Shown piece by piece: positions 51,437 through 61,346 of a stretch of 64,000 bases of DNA; within the stretch, counting starts at the first letter, position 1, and every line of letters starts with the position of its first letter. Under the pieces are notes generated by a model that saw only the letters and a program-made list of their open reading frames with translations, ran no database searches and was not told the origin of the DNA. The position numbers were made by a program, and so were the translations under genes. The DNA comes from Thermoanaerobaculia bacterium (lineage in GTDB: Bacteria; Acidobacteriota; Thermoanaerobaculia; UBA5066): positions 672,001 through 736,000 of the forward strand of contig CAWFJJ010000024.1 in NCBI GenBank assembly GCA_963816185.1, written 5' to 3'.

Positions 51437-53401
51437 TCACTTCAGCCAGCGGTCGAACCAGGCGAGCACCCGGAAGACGCGGTCCTTCTTGTCCTCCTCG
51501 CGATAGAGGCCGTGGCCCTCGTCGGGATAGATGACGAGCTGCGTCGGCACGCCCAGCGTCTTCAGGGCGTGCCAGAACTCGTAGCCCTGCGGGGCCGGCA
51601 CCTCGGCGTCGCGTTCGCCGTGGAGGACCAGGGTCGGCGTCTTGACGTTCTTGATGAACGTGAGAGGCGAGCTCTTCGCATAGACCGCCGGGTCGTCGTA
51701 CACCGAGGCGCCGAAGTACGGGAGCATCCAGGAGTCGATGCGGTTCTGGCCGTAATAGCTTTGCCAGTTCACGATGCCTGCGCCCGCGACGGCTGCGGCG
51801 AAGCGGTTCGTCTGCGTGACGGCCCACATCGCCATGTAGCCCCCGTAGCTCCAGCCGAAGAGGCCGACGCGCTTCGGATCGACGGGCCGCGTCCTCAGGA
51901 CCTCGTCGAGGCCCGCGAGGATGTCGCGCAGGTCGCCGCCTCCGAAGTCCTTCACGTTGCCGGCCGTGAAGGTTTCGCCCTGTCCGAAGCTGCCGCGCGG
52001 ATTCGGGAGGAACACGAAATACCCCCGTGCGACGAGCGCCCCGAGGAGCGGCGACGGCCACGCATTGCGATGCGCGGAGGCAGGACCTCCGTGCACGAAG
52101 ACCGCGAGAGGGTATTTCTTTCGCTCGTCGACGCGCGCAGGCGGAAGGAGCCAGCCCTGGACACTCTGGCCGTCGCTCGTGACGCGCACGCTCGCGGCGC
52201 GGCCCCATTCGGGTCGCAGCCCCTCGTTCTCCCGAGTCAGGCGGGTCCACGCGCCGATCGGGCCGGCCCAGACTTCGGGCGGGGAGTCGAACGACTGGCG
52301 CACCACGGCCGAGGCGACGCCATCCCGCGCCAGGGCGAAGCCGAGGCCTCGGCCTGGCGAGAGCGTCCCGCCTCCCGAAAACAGCGTGTGAGCCGCGCCG
52401 GTCGCGGGATCGAACGCCACGACGGCGGTGGACTCGCCGGCGAGCTCGGTCACGAGGAGCCGGGACGCGGAGGACCAGGCGAGAAAGCCTGCGGAGGTGC
52501 GGCGCCCCGAGGTCAGATTCCGCGGCGCGCCCCCGGTTGCCGGCACCAGCAACACGTCGCCTCCCGTCGCACCGTGATCGCTCATGAGGCCGTGGATGAC
52601 CGCCACGGTCGAGCCGTCGGGCGAAAAGACGGGGTTCGCGATCTGGAGAGGCGGCTTCCAGAGAAGGCGCGTGGCTCCGGAGGCCGCATCCACCGCGAGG
52701 AGGTCGGCGCGCCACCAGTTGTCGTCGCCCGAGCCTTTCGCCGCCACGGCCGCGAAGGTGCGGCCGTCCGCCGACCAGTCGTACTCGTAAACGTAGAGGT
52801 CTGGCGGCGACGCGAAGCGCAGGGCCTTCGTCTGCACGTCCACGACCGCGATACGCTGCTCGTTGATCCGCTCTTCGACCACACCCGCGTCGCGGGCCGT
52901 GGGGCCCAGCGGCCCCGGCTCCTTCGAGGGGTTCTCGATGACGAGGACCGCGAGAGACCGGCCGTCTTGAGACCAGCGAGGCTCCTGGAACGTCCCCTTG
53001 AGCTTCGTGAGCCGCGACGCGGAGCCGCCGGAGACCGGAGCCGTCCAAAGGGCCGTCCCGCCCGCATGGGAGACGAACGCGAGCGTCTTGCCGTCGGGCG
53101 AGAAGGCGACGTCGCCTTCGCGGATCGGAGAGCCGTCGAGAGACGCCGTGATCCGGACGACCGGGGCGCCGGACCGCGCTTCCTGCACGAGAATTCGCGA
53201 GGCCCGCGGAGTGTTCTCGTCCCGCACCGGCTCCACCCGCGCGACGTGCGTGCCGTCCGGAGAGATCGCGACGCCGAGAATCTCCCGAACTTTCGCGAGG
53301 CGCGCATAGAGCGCGTCGAACGACTCCTCCGCTTCGGCAGGTGCGGAGGGGAAAGCCAGAAGACACGAGAGCGCGGCAAAGGCAGGGACGAGACGTCGCA
53401 T
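51437..53401 (-). CDS. S9 family (prolyl oligopeptidase/acylaminoacyl) peptidase
   Basis: Signal peptide, SPDG propeller repeats, HGGP, GWSYGG, HGERD, EGH. Confidence 0.93.
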   Translation of the reverse strand: MRRLVPAFAALSCLLAFPSAPAEAEESFDALYARLAKVREILGVAISPDGTHVARVEPVRDENTPRASRILVQEARSGAPVVRITASLDGSPIREGDVAFSPDGKTLAFVSHAGGTALWTAPVSGGSASRLTKLKGTFQEPRWSQDGRSLAVLVIENPSKEPGPLGPTARDAGVVEERINEQRIAVVDVQTKALRFASPPDLYVYEYDWSADGRTFAAVAAKGSGDDNWWRADLLAVDAASGATRLLWKPPLQIANPVFSPDGSTVAVIHGLMSDHGATGGDVLLVPATGGAPRNLTSGRRTSAGFLAWSSASRLLVTELAGESTAVVAFDPATGAAHTLFSGGGTLSPGRGLGFALARDGVASAVVRQSFDSPPEVWAGPIGAWTRLTRENEGLRPEWGRAASVRVTSDGQSVQGWLLPPARVDERKKYPLAVFVHGGPASAHRNAWPSPLLGALVARGYFVFLPNPRGSFGQGETFTAGNVKDFGGGDLRDILAGLDEVLRTRPVDPKRVGLFGWSYGGYMAMWAVTQTNRFAAAVAGAGIVNWQSYYGQNRIDSWMLPYFGASVYDDPAVYAKSSPLTFIKNVKTPTLVLHGERDAEVPAPQGYEFWHALKTLGVPTQLVIYPDEGHGLYREEDKKDRVFRVLAWFDRWLK

Positions 53402-53492
53402 CGTTCCTCCTCGGACGGGTCGATTATCGCCGCGCCGCGCGGCGGTGCCGACAGAGGGGATCGTGGACGACGGCCGGCCACGCCTGGAACCG

Positions 53493-55076
53493 CTAGGCCA
53501 TGCCCTCGAGCGACTTGATCAGGAGGTGTTTCTGCACCTTCCCGAGCACGTTGCGGGGAAGCTCGGCCACCGCGCGAAGCTCGCGCGGCTTCTTGAAATC
53601 CGCGAGATGCGAGGCGGCGAAGGAGGTGATCTCCTCGCAAATCCTCTTCGCGCCTTCCTCGTCGCAGCGCTCGACGAGGACGACGGCCGCCGCGATGCGC
53701 TGGCCCCAGACGCGGTCGGGCAGGCCGACGACGGCCGCGTCCTTGACCGCGGGGTGCAGCCGGAGAACGTCCTCGATCTCGCGGGCCGAGATCTTGTAAC
53801 CGCCGCTCTTGATCACGTCGACCGACTTGCGGCCGAGGATCGTCACGTAGCCGTCGGCGTCCCGTCTCGCCACGTCACCCGTCAGGAACCAGCCGTCTCG
53901 GAACGCGGCCGCCGTGTCGGCCTCGCGCCCCCAGTAGCCGCTCATGAGGCCGCTGCCCTTGACGTGGATCTCTCCAGGCTCGCCTTCCGGGGTGTCGTGC
54001 CCGTCGTCGTCGACGAGCCGCATCGCGCAGCCGGGCACGGGGAACCCGACGGTGCCCGGCCGCCGCTCTCCCTCGTAAGGATTCGAGAGCGTGAAAAGCG
54101 TCTCGCTCATTCCGTACCGTTCCAGGATCGCGTGACCGGTCCTCTCGCGGAATGCGGCGAAGTCGGCCGACGGGAGCGCCGCGCTGCCGGACGTGAAGAG
54201 CCTGGCCTTCCGGAGCGCCTCGGCTCGCTCGGGATGACCTTCCAGATGTTCGAGCAGGCGGACGTACATCGTCGGCACGCCCATGAACGCCGTGGCACCC
54301 TCGTTCGCGAACGCGTCCACGACGCGCGCCGCGTCGAAGCGCTCTTCGAGGAGAAGAGTGAATCCGCGAAGGAGCGCGCCCGCCACTCCGAGACAGAGCC
54401 CGTGCACGTGGAAAAGGGGAAGCGCGAGCACGAGGCGATCGGCCGGGCTGAAGCGCCAGAGGTCCATCATTGCGCGCGTGTTCGTCTCGAGGGCGCGATG
54501 CGACAACGCGACACCCTTGCTCTTGCCCGTCGTACCCGACGTGTAGATGAGCATCGCGACATCGTCGTCATGTGGCGGGTCGGTCCGTACGAGGCTCGAA
54601 GAGGAAGATTTCTTAGAAGGGGAAGAGAGAGATACAGATTTCTTAGAGGGGGAGGAGGGGAGGGCGGCGGGAATGGGGAGGACGTGCCGTAGCTGCGGGG
54701 GTCTTTGTTTTCTCAGGACTTCTTCCAGGACGGCATGGCAAGGTTCGCCCTCCCGCGTCAGGACCGCGACCGCGCCCGAGTCCTCGAGGATGTGCCGGGC
54801 CTCGTCGGCCTTGTACCGCGTGTTGATCGGAACGTGGATGACACCCGACGAGAGGTGCCCGACGAAAGCGGCGACGAGCTCGGGACAGGTCTCGGCGAAA
54901 ACCGCGACGCGATCCCCACGCTTGACGCCCGCGCGCTCCAGAAAGATGACGTATGACTCAGCCCACCGGCGTATTTCTTCGAATGGGTAAGAGCGGCCGT
55001 TCCAGACGACAGCCGAATGCGCGGCGCGGTTGCGCAGCGCGAGAAGTAAGCGCGAGCCGGCCGACAAATGCTCCAT
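53493..55076 (-). CDS. acyl-CoA synthetase (malonyl-CoA synthetase MatB-like)
   Basis: YTSGTTGKSKG, LPLFHVHGL, ERYGMSET, GWFLTGD, LPRNVLGKVQK. Confidence 0.88.
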   Translation of the reverse strand: MEHLSAGSRLLLALRNRAAHSAVVWNGRSYPFEEIRRWAESYVIFLERAGVKRGDRVAVFAETCPELVAAFVGHLSSGVIHVPINTRYKADEARHILEDSGAVAVLTREGEPCHAVLEEVLRKQRPPQLRHVLPIPAALPSSPSKKSVSLSSPSKKSSSSSLVRTDPPHDDDVAMLIYTSGTTGKSKGVALSHRALETNTRAMMDLWRFSPADRLVLALPLFHVHGLCLGVAGALLRGFTLLLEERFDAARVVDAFANEGATAFMGVPTMYVRLLEHLEGHPERAEALRKARLFTSGSAALPSADFAAFRERTGHAILERYGMSETLFTLSNPYEGERRPGTVGFPVPGCAMRLVDDDGHDTPEGEPGEIHVKGSGLMSGYWGREADTAAAFRDGWFLTGDVARRDADGYVTILGRKSVDVIKSGGYKISAREIEDVLRLHPAVKDAAVVGLPDRVWGQRIAAAVVLVERCDEEGAKRICEEITSFAASHLADFKKPRELRAVAELPRNVLGKVQKHLLIKSLEGMA

Positions 55077-55112
55077 GGCCCTATTCACCTTCTAAGAAAA
55101 TCCATCTTCTCC
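54598..55112. repeat. cluster of dispersed-motif copies in and upstream of the acyl-CoA synthetase
   Basis: GATTTCTTAGAA at 54607, GATTTCTTAGAG at 54637, ATTTCTTCGAATGGGTAAGAG at 54973, inverted TTCTAAGAAAATC at 55090. Confidence 0.75.
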
Positions 55113-55155
55113 CGCTGCTCCTCGATTGCTCGTGTCGAGAGGGAGCAAAGAATCT

Positions 55156-55875
55156 TCATACGCCCGACACCCCGAGGAACTCCTCGCGGACGCGCGGGTC
55201 GCCGGCGAGGTCCCGCGCGCGGCCCGCGAGGGTCACGCGGCCCGTCTCGAGGACGCAGGCGTGATCGGCGAGCGCGAGGGCGTGGGCCACGTTCTGCTCG
55301 ACGAGGAGGACCGTCACGCCGGCCTTGCGAATCGCGGAAAGCGAGGCGAACACCTGACGGACGAGGCGCGGGGAGAGGCCGAGGGCCGGCTCGTCGAGGA
55401 GGAGGAGGCGCGGGCGCGCCATGAGGCCGCGGCCGATCGCGCACATCTGCTGCTCTCCTCCCGAGAGCGTGCCGGCCTTCTGGGCGTGCCGCTCCTTGAG
55501 GACCGGGAACATCGCGAAGACCTGCTCGAGCGTGCGCGTGGACTCCTTGCGCGCCCTCTTTCCCCATGCCCCCATCTCGAGGTTCTCGAGAACCGTCATG
55601 CCCGGCCAGAGCTGGCGCGCCTCGGGCACGAGCACGAGGCCGTCCGGAGCCCGCGTGTGCGCCGGACGGTTCACGAGGTCGCAGCCATCGAACAGGATGC
55701 GTCCGCGCCGGGGCGTGAGGAGGCCGGCGATCGTCTTCAGGAGAGTGGTCTTGCCGGCGCCGTTGGCGCCCACGAGCGTCAGGATCTCGCCGGCCTCGAC
55801 GCGGAAGGACACGTCCCAGACGGCCTGCACGTTTCCGTAGGAGACGTCGAGGCTCTCGACGACGAGGAGGCTCAA
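55156..55875 (-). CDS. livF: branched-chain amino acid type ABC ATPase
   Basis: GANGAGKTT, LSGGEQQM, LLDEP; TTG start overlaps the upstream stop. Confidence 0.9.
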   Translation of the reverse strand: MSLLVVESLDVSYGNVQAVWDVSFRVEAGEILTLVGANGAGKTTLLKTIAGLLTPRRGRILFDGCDLVNRPAHTRAPDGLVLVPEARQLWPGMTVLENLEMGAWGKRARKESTRTLEQVFAMFPVLKERHAQKAGTLSGGEQQMCAIGRGLMARPRLLLLDEPALGLSPRLVRQVFASLSAIRKAGVTVLLVEQNVAHALALADHACVLETGRVTLAGRARDLAGDPRVREEFLGVSGV

Positions 55876-56615
55876 GACGCCGCCTCCTCCGGGGCGTCGC
55901 CGAAGTACGCCGCCACGACGGCCGGATCGCGCAACGCCTCCTCGGGGCGCCCCTCGGCGATCGTTTCGCCGAAGTTCAGGACCAGGATGCGGTCCGAAAG
56001 CCCGACCACCGCGTGGACGTGATGCTCGATGAGGAGGATCGTGAGGCCTTGATCGCGCAGCTCGCGGACGAGAACCATCGCGGCGTTGATCTCGGCCGGG
56101 TTCAGGCCGCCCATGATCTCGTCGAGGCAGAGCACGTCCGGCTCGGTCGCAAGGGCCCGCGCGATCTCGAGGCGCTTGAGCTCGCCGAGCGCCAGAGTGC
56201 CTGCGAGGGATCCGGCGCGCGCCCCGAGCCCGGTTCGCGCGAGAAGGTCGCGCACCCGGGTCTTCTCGTCGGCGCCGCGCCTTCGTCCCCTTCCGAAGCG
56301 GGCTCCGACGGCCACGTTGTCCGCCACCGTCATCTCGCGGAAGGGCCGGACGACCTGGTGGGTCCGCACGAGCCCGCGATGCGCGACGGCCCAGACCGGA
56401 AGGCCGTCGAGGCGCTCGCCCCGAAGGCGAACGGAGCCGGATGTCGGCTTCTGAGCGCCCGTCAGACACGAAAAAAGAGTCGTCTTGCCGGCCCCGTTCG
56501 GTCCGATGACGCCGAAGATCTCGCCTGGCTTGACGTCGAACGAAACGGCCTTGACGGCCACGAGGCCGCCGAAGCGTTTCGTGAGCGCGCGGACGGAGAC
56601 GACCGGCTCAGGCAT
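55872..56615 (-). CDS. livG: branched-chain amino acid type ABC ATPase
   Basis: KRFGGLVAV, GPNGAGKTT, LEIARALA, IEHH. Confidence 0.9.
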   Translation of the reverse strand: MPEPVVSVRALTKRFGGLVAVKAVSFDVKPGEIFGVIGPNGAGKTTLFSCLTGAQKPTSGSVRLRGERLDGLPVWAVAHRGLVRTHQVVRPFREMTVADNVAVGARFGRGRRRGADEKTRVRDLLARTGLGARAGSLAGTLALGELKRLEIARALATEPDVLCLDEIMGGLNPAEINAAMVLVRELRDQGLTILLIEHHVHAVVGLSDRILVLNFGETIAEGRPEEALRDPAVVAAYFGDAPEEAAS

Positions 56616-57555
56616 CGACGTAGAAGCGCCGCAGACGTCGCGCGGAGAGCCGTCTCACGAGGCCGAGGAGGCCCTTGGGCTCGAACAGCATGACGGCGAT
56701 CAGGAGCGCCCCGTAGATGAAGAGCGAAGAGTTGAGCAGGGCCGGGATCGACAAGAGCTTGAGCTGGAGCCAGCCGAAGAGGATGGCGCCGAGAACCGGT
56801 CCCGCGACCGTCCCGACTCCGCCGACGATCGGCATCAGGACGATCGTGAGACTCAGGCGGAAGTCGAACACCGAGCCCGGCGACACGTACTGGAAATTGA
56901 TCGCGAACAGGCCGCCCGCCAGGCCGACGAGGGCGGCGGAAAGAGCGTGGATGGTGACTTTCAGTCGCGTCGAGTTCACACCGAGCGCCTCGGCCGCGTC
57001 GATGTCCTGCTTCACGGCGGCGAGAGCGGATCCGAAAGCGCTCCGCGAGATCGCGAGCGCGATCCAGACGAGCGCCACCGCGAGGAGCGTCATCTCACGG
57101 AAGTTCGACTCGAAGTCGAATGAGCCCGCGGGCATCCTGAGCCCGCTGGCGCCGCCCGCGAACGAGAGGCTCGAGGCCACGACCCGTACGGCTTCCCCGA
57201 CGCCGATCGTGGCGATCGTGAAGTAAGGCCCGCGCAGCCGAAACGTGGGGTAGCCGATGATCACGGAAAAGACCGCGGCGAGGAGCGCGCCGAGCGGAAG
57301 CGTCAGGACGGGCGACATGCCCCGAAGCGCGAGGAGCACGGTCGTGTAGGCGCCGATTCCGAGAAAAGCGGAGTAACCGATCGAAACCTGGCCTGCAAAC
57401 CCTCCGAGAAGATTCCACGAGGAAGCCAGCACGACGGCCAGCGCGACGCTCCACAGGTCGTTCAGGGTGTCCCGTTCGAGAAAGGAAGGAGCGAAGTAAA
57501 GCGCACCCGCCGCGACGAGCATTCCAGCCGCCTCGAGGCCTCGCTTCGAAGTCAC
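56608..57555 (-). CDS. livM: branched-chain amino acid type ABC permease
   Basis: SWNLLGGFAGQVSIG, RLRGPYFTIAT, GGVGTVAGPVLG. Confidence 0.88.
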   Translation of the reverse strand: MTSKRGLEAAGMLVAAGALYFAPSFLERDTLNDLWSVALAVVLASSWNLLGGFAGQVSIGYSAFLGIGAYTTVLLALRGMSPVLTLPLGALLAAVFSVIIGYPTFRLRGPYFTIATIGVGEAVRVVASSLSFAGGASGLRMPAGSFDFESNFREMTLLAVALVWIALAISRSAFGSALAAVKQDIDAAEALGVNSTRLKVTIHALSAALVGLAGGLFAINFQYVSPGSVFDFRLSLTIVLMPIVGGVGTVAGPVLGAILFGWLQLKLLSIPALLNSSLFIYGALLIAVMLFEPKGLLGLVRRLSARRLRRFYVDA

Positions 57556-58454
57556 CCGCGCCCCCTGACGCGCGCGAAGCGAAGGAGTCCCGGGAGGCCC
57601 TGCGGCAGCACCACGAGCGTCACGACGAGGAGCGTGAAGCTGAGGGCGTCCTGGAGCGACGTCGGGAGGGTCGTGAAAGCCGCCGTTCCGTTTTCGAGGA
57701 GGGCGAGGACGAAGGCGCCGGCAGCCACACCCGTCACGCTCTCGAGGCCGCCCAGGACGATGATACAGAAGGCCTTGAGGAGGAAACTGCGTCCGAAGTC
57801 GGGTGTGAAGGCGAAGAGCGTGGAGAGAAGAGTCCCCGCGAGCCCCGCGAACGCCGTTCCGACGCCAAAAGCCACCGCCGAGATCCGGTCCGCGTCCACT
57901 CCGGAGACGAGCGCAGCGTCGCGGTTCTGCGTGACGGCGCGAATCGCCTTGCCGAGGTACGTGCGGTGGAGGACGAATTCGAGGACGAGAAGCGAGAGGA
58001 TGGACATTCCGAAGACCCCGAGCGCGGGGACACCCACGCGCACGCCGAGGAGCGAGACCGACTTGAGCGTGTACGAGGTCAGGATCGACTGCGTATCCCC
58101 GCTCCAGAGCACGTAGGCGAGATCCTGGAGGACGAGCCAGACTCCGAAGAGAAGCAGGAGGCTCTCCATCGAAGGTGTCGAGCCGGATCGCGGGAGGCGG
58201 CGGACCACAGTGCGGTAGAGAGCGACACCGCCTACGAAGAACAGGGGCACGACGATGACGCTCGAAAGGAAGGGGTCGATCGAAAAACGCGTGAAGAGCG
58301 TGAACGTCGCGTACGCCCCGAGCATCATGATCCCGGCGTGCGCGAGGTTGATGATCCGCATGACCCCGTAGATCACAGCAAGCCCATACGCCATCGTGGC
58401 GTAGAGGCCCGCGGCGAGGAACGAATTGACGAGAACGCCGACGATCTCCTGCAC
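57552..58454 (-). CDS. livH: branched-chain amino acid type ABC permease
   Basis: GLAVIYGVMRIINLAHA, GKAIRAV, KAFCIIVLGGL. Confidence 0.88.
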   Translation of the reverse strand: MQEIVGVLVNSFLAAGLYATMAYGLAVIYGVMRIINLAHAGIMMLGAYATFTLFTRFSIDPFLSSVIVVPLFFVGGVALYRTVVRRLPRSGSTPSMESLLLLFGVWLVLQDLAYVLWSGDTQSILTSYTLKSVSLLGVRVGVPALGVFGMSILSLLVLEFVLHRTYLGKAIRAVTQNRDAALVSGVDADRISAVAFGVGTAFAGLAGTLLSTLFAFTPDFGRSFLLKAFCIIVLGGLESVTGVAAGAFVLALLENGTAAFTTLPTSLQDALSFTLLVVTLVVLPQGLPGLLRFARVRGRG

Positions 58455-58574
58455 AGGTCCTTGAGCGTAGCAGGCCCGGGCGTTCGGCGGCCTCAGGGCA
58501 GCTGCCGAGGAAACCACGTGGGGGCCAGCGACGCGCAGAGGACGACCGCCGAATTCCGTCTGGCGGCAGCAACG

Positions 58575-59264
58575 TCAGGCCGATTGCCTCCTCGAGGGTG
58601 TGGCGACACCTTTGATAAGCAGCCACAGCGCGAGCACAACTTGGAATACGAGCGCCGGCAGCCACTGGAAATATCCGGTCAGCGGCCCCGTGGAGAAACC
58701 GGCGAGCTGCAGGGGCAGTCCCACCGCGAGCAGACCCGAAGTGACCACGCCCATCCATGCGATCGAGACGGGCACCATCCGTCCGCGCAGGAGGAGATAG
58801 GAAAAGATCGTACTCCCCGCGGCAAAGAAGATTGCACCGACGGGGACGCTCGGGCCCGGCATCAGCAGAAACGCGCGCAGCGCGTTCGTTGTAGGGATGT
58901 CCGGGGCACCCGTCCCCATCCCCGGTTTCGCGAGCCACAGCAGTCGCAGGTAGCTCGGGATGCTGAGCGAACCGAGCACGCCTTCGGCAACGCGACAGGC
59001 CAGGGCCAGCATTGCCAGCTCGTGGTCCTGGTCGCGCGTGATCCCGTACATCGCCACGGCCAGCACGAGGGCCGAGAAGGATTCGAGCAGGGTAATCAGG
59101 ATCGTCATGCGCACGTCCGTCGCGTACTCAGCGATGCGCGCGAGTTTCGCGGCATCGCCCTCGGCGCTGTGCACATGGTGCATCAGCACCTCACTGCAGA
59201 TACCGATCGCTGAGTAGAAGAGGTACGTGAATCCGGCGACTCTTGCGCTTGTGGTGCGCGTCAT
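58575..59264 (-). CDS. DUF4386-like membrane protein (cassette-array region)
   Basis: ARVAGFTY start, about 6 TMs, LWLLIKG end. Confidence 0.75.
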   Translation of the reverse strand: MTRTTSARVAGFTYLFYSAIGICSEVLMHHVHSAEGDAAKLARIAEYATDVRMTILITLLESFSALVLAVAMYGITRDQDHELAMLALACRVAEGVLGSLSIPSYLRLLWLAKPGMGTGAPDIPTTNALRAFLLMPGPSVPVGAIFFAAGSTIFSYLLLRGRMVPVSIAWMGVVTSGLLAVGLPLQLAGFSTGPLTGYFQWLPALVFQVVLALWLLIKGVATPSRRQSA

Positions 59265-59355
59265 GTCAACTCCTCGCCGCGCTCGTGGCTGCCAATGCCG
59301 ATGTCATCTCGCTGCCGATGTGGGTGACGTCGGCTCCGTGACGTTCACGCCCAGG

Positions 59356-60099
59356 CTAGTACACAGCGTCCGTGCCGCTTACTCGATCGGGACCAGCTCC
59401 GGAAGGTGGCAATCCCCTTAGCAGGAGCCAAACGCCCATCGTCAGTTCGAAGAAGAAGATAGGAGCTCCATAAATCTCGACGCCGACGACCTTCGCAAGG
59501 TCGGGCAAGATGATGAACGCGAATGCGCACGCTCCCATCAGGCACGACGCACACATTCCCCATGTCGCCAACGTCCTTGGGATGAAGCGGGACTTGAACC
59601 AGAGATAGCAGAAGGCAGTGCTTCGAAGCCCGGCGAGCACCAGGCCGACGTTATACGCAGCGCCATGCGCACCGACCGACAGCCTCGCCAGGGCACGCAA
59701 CTGGTCTGCATCGAATGCATGCAGGTAGTCCGCACCACTCAGGATCCGCAATACATCGAAGTCACTGAGCGTGACGACGACCAGGGTCGCGGTCTCTATC
59801 AGCCCCCAGCCCGCGGCGACCAAAGCGAGGCTTCGATTGACTGGCATGAGGACCACGTACAGAGCAATGATCAAGACGACATCGATCGCGAAGACGGTGA
59901 GATTACTGGCGGTGCCCAGACGAAAGAGCCGTTCGTGCGCCATGATGTTTCGCGCCGTTTGCGCGGCATTGTCGAAGGCGATGAGATGGGTGCGCACATA
60001 GAACTCGGCGAAGATCGCCGGCGGCAGCGCAAGCAGATAAGAGCATCCCACAACTGTCGCTGCTTTACGTTGTGATTCGTCGATGGCTGCGATTGTCAT
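59356..60099 (-). CDS. DUF4386-like membrane protein (gene cassette)
   Basis: TARNIMAHERLFRLG, KSRFIPR, FELTMGVWLLLRG; begins just after an attC GTTAGAC. Confidence 0.8.
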   Translation of the reverse strand: MTIAAIDESQRKAATVVGCSYLLALPPAIFAEFYVRTHLIAFDNAAQTARNIMAHERLFRLGTASNLTVFAIDVVLIIALYVVLMPVNRSLALVAAGWGLIETATLVVVTLSDFDVLRILSGADYLHAFDADQLRALARLSVGAHGAAYNVGLVLAGLRSTAFCYLWFKSRFIPRTLATWGMCASCLMGACAFAFIILPDLAKVVGVEIYGAPIFFFELTMGVWLLLRGLPPSGAGPDRVSGTDAVY

Positions 60100-60112
60100 T
60101 CCGCTCCCCACC

Positions 60113-60190
60113 GTCTAACGATACGCGTTCAGCGGCGAGCGGGGGCGAGCGAAGCGAGCTACGCGAGTCCGCTGCAGCCGCGGGTTGAAC
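60113..60190 (-). other. integron attC site (78 bp)
   Basis: Minus strand GTTCAAC-CCGCGGCTGCAGCGG...CCGCTGAACGCGTATC-GTTAGAC: RYYYAAC/GTTRRRY boxes, inner L boxes, central hairpin. Confidence 0.85.
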
Positions 60191-60206
60191 CGCGCTGACG
60201 GTCAAC

Positions 60207-60626
60207 TCACGGTTGAATCTCCCACGGTACCCACGAGACCGGGACTCCGGCGCGAACCGTGTTGTGCACCTCAGCGAGGGTGTCGGTCTGCCGCAACAGA
60301 GCGGCAATCTCGGCTTGTGACGCTGGTGACGAAACTCGAGCGCGATACGTTATCGCCGAGGCGGCGAGACCAACGCCCGCGAATTCCCCGCTGGCTTCCA
60401 CCTCTACCGTGTCAACCGGAATCTTCAGCCGATCAGCCTCGCGGTAGATGTCGTTGCAGAAGCACGTCGCCAGGGCGAGCATCAGAAACTCACCGCCGTT
60501 CACTGCCGAGCCTCGACCGAGACTCTTTCCCGGGATTGTGACGTGCTGCATGCTTCCAGCGGTGCTGACCGAAACGTCGTGTGATGTACCCGTATTCTTC
60601 ACGAAGGCTGCGATCTGCACTCTCAA
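60207..60626 (-). CDS. OsmC/Ohr-like protein (gene cassette)
   Basis: NGGEFLMLALATCFCND, AEVHNTVR; lies between attC sites. Confidence 0.8.
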   Translation of the reverse strand: MRVQIAAFVKNTGTSHDVSVSTAGSMQHVTIPGKSLGRGSAVNGGEFLMLALATCFCNDIYREADRLKIPVDTVEVEASGEFAGVGLAASAITYRARVSSPASQAEIAALLRQTDTLAEVHNTVRAGVPVSWVPWEIQP

Positions 60627-60649
60627 CCTCCAGATCGGTAAGCGAAGCG

Positions 60650-60838
60650 GCCTAACGATATCGTTTCAATGAAGACGAGAAAAGGGCTGTCCTCGCCGAC
60701 GTGGTCACCGAAGAATCGGGCCACACACTTTAACGGTGCGTTTTCATGATTCAGGACGAGCGGGGAGAGGAGCTGGGACGAGGCGAGGTGCCGACCTCTG
60801 CGCCGGGGCTTGACAGGAACCTTCATGGGCAGTTGGGC
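60650..60838 (-). mobile_element. disrupted attC containing a 168-bp internally deleted copy (60663-60830) of the IS at 61954-63393
   Basis: GCCTAACGATATC, then IS left end, ~60 bp of transposase 5' sequence, IS right end TTGACAGGAACCTTCATGGGC, then GTTGGGC. Confidence 0.8.
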
Positions 60839-60844
60839 CGCGCG

Positions 60845-61309
60845 TCACCCTCGTGCGACGGAGCCGCCTCGCCGCCACAGTGAAAGCCCTAGGCCAACGA
60901 CCATGACGACGAACAGCAGCAGGTTCACGTGTGGCCCGACCGGCGCCCCCACGCGGGGCAGTGGAACGAAACCAAGAACCAACTGCCCGGCGAGGTAGTT
61001 CAACGCGAGGAGCGCGAACATCAAGGGCACCGCGTTTCGGTATCGAAGAAGGACGAGCCCGCACAGGAGACAGAAGAATAGCCGCCAGAGCGATCCTTGC
61101 GCGAAGACTGCCACCACCGTCTGAGCGACCGCGGGCGTGAACGAATCGAGTGGAATCCCATCCGCGTCCCTCGCCGTCGGGTACCCGTTGAGAATAATGG
61201 CTAGGCTCTGAGCGCCCTTCATCGCGACTACCAGGCCAAAGAGCCAGAGCGCCAACCTAGAGCCCCGATACTCATTATCCAGACGCCGCGGTAGAAGCAC
61301 GTCGAGCAT
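60845..61309 (-). CDS. four-TM hypothetical membrane protein (gene cassette)
   Basis: GGAGG RBS; flanked by attC boxes. Confidence 0.75.
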   Translation of the reverse strand: MLDVLLPRRLDNEYRGSRLALWLFGLVVAMKGAQSLAIILNGYPTARDADGIPLDSFTPAVAQTVVAVFAQGSLWRLFFCLLCGLVLLRYRNAVPLMFALLALNYLAGQLVLGFVPLPRVGAPVGPHVNLLLFVVMVVGLGLSLWRRGGSVARG

Positions 61310-61346
61310 GATCTGGCCTCCAGTGGTTCCGGTTACCCGGGAAGCG

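Noticed and set aside
54598-54660. 30-bp-spaced GATTTCTTAGA repeats as a CRISPR array
   Set aside because: Only two short copies inside a CDS, no spacer-length regularity, no cas genes.
58520-58582. Possible terminal attC after the last DUF4386-like gene (GCCTGAC, CCGCC/GGCGG hairpin)
   Set aside because: No convincing GTTRRRY box or L boxes; at most a decayed remnant or a terminator-like hairpin.
59265-59355. attC between the two DUF4386-like genes
   Set aside because: No RYYYAAC...GTTRRRY pairing found.
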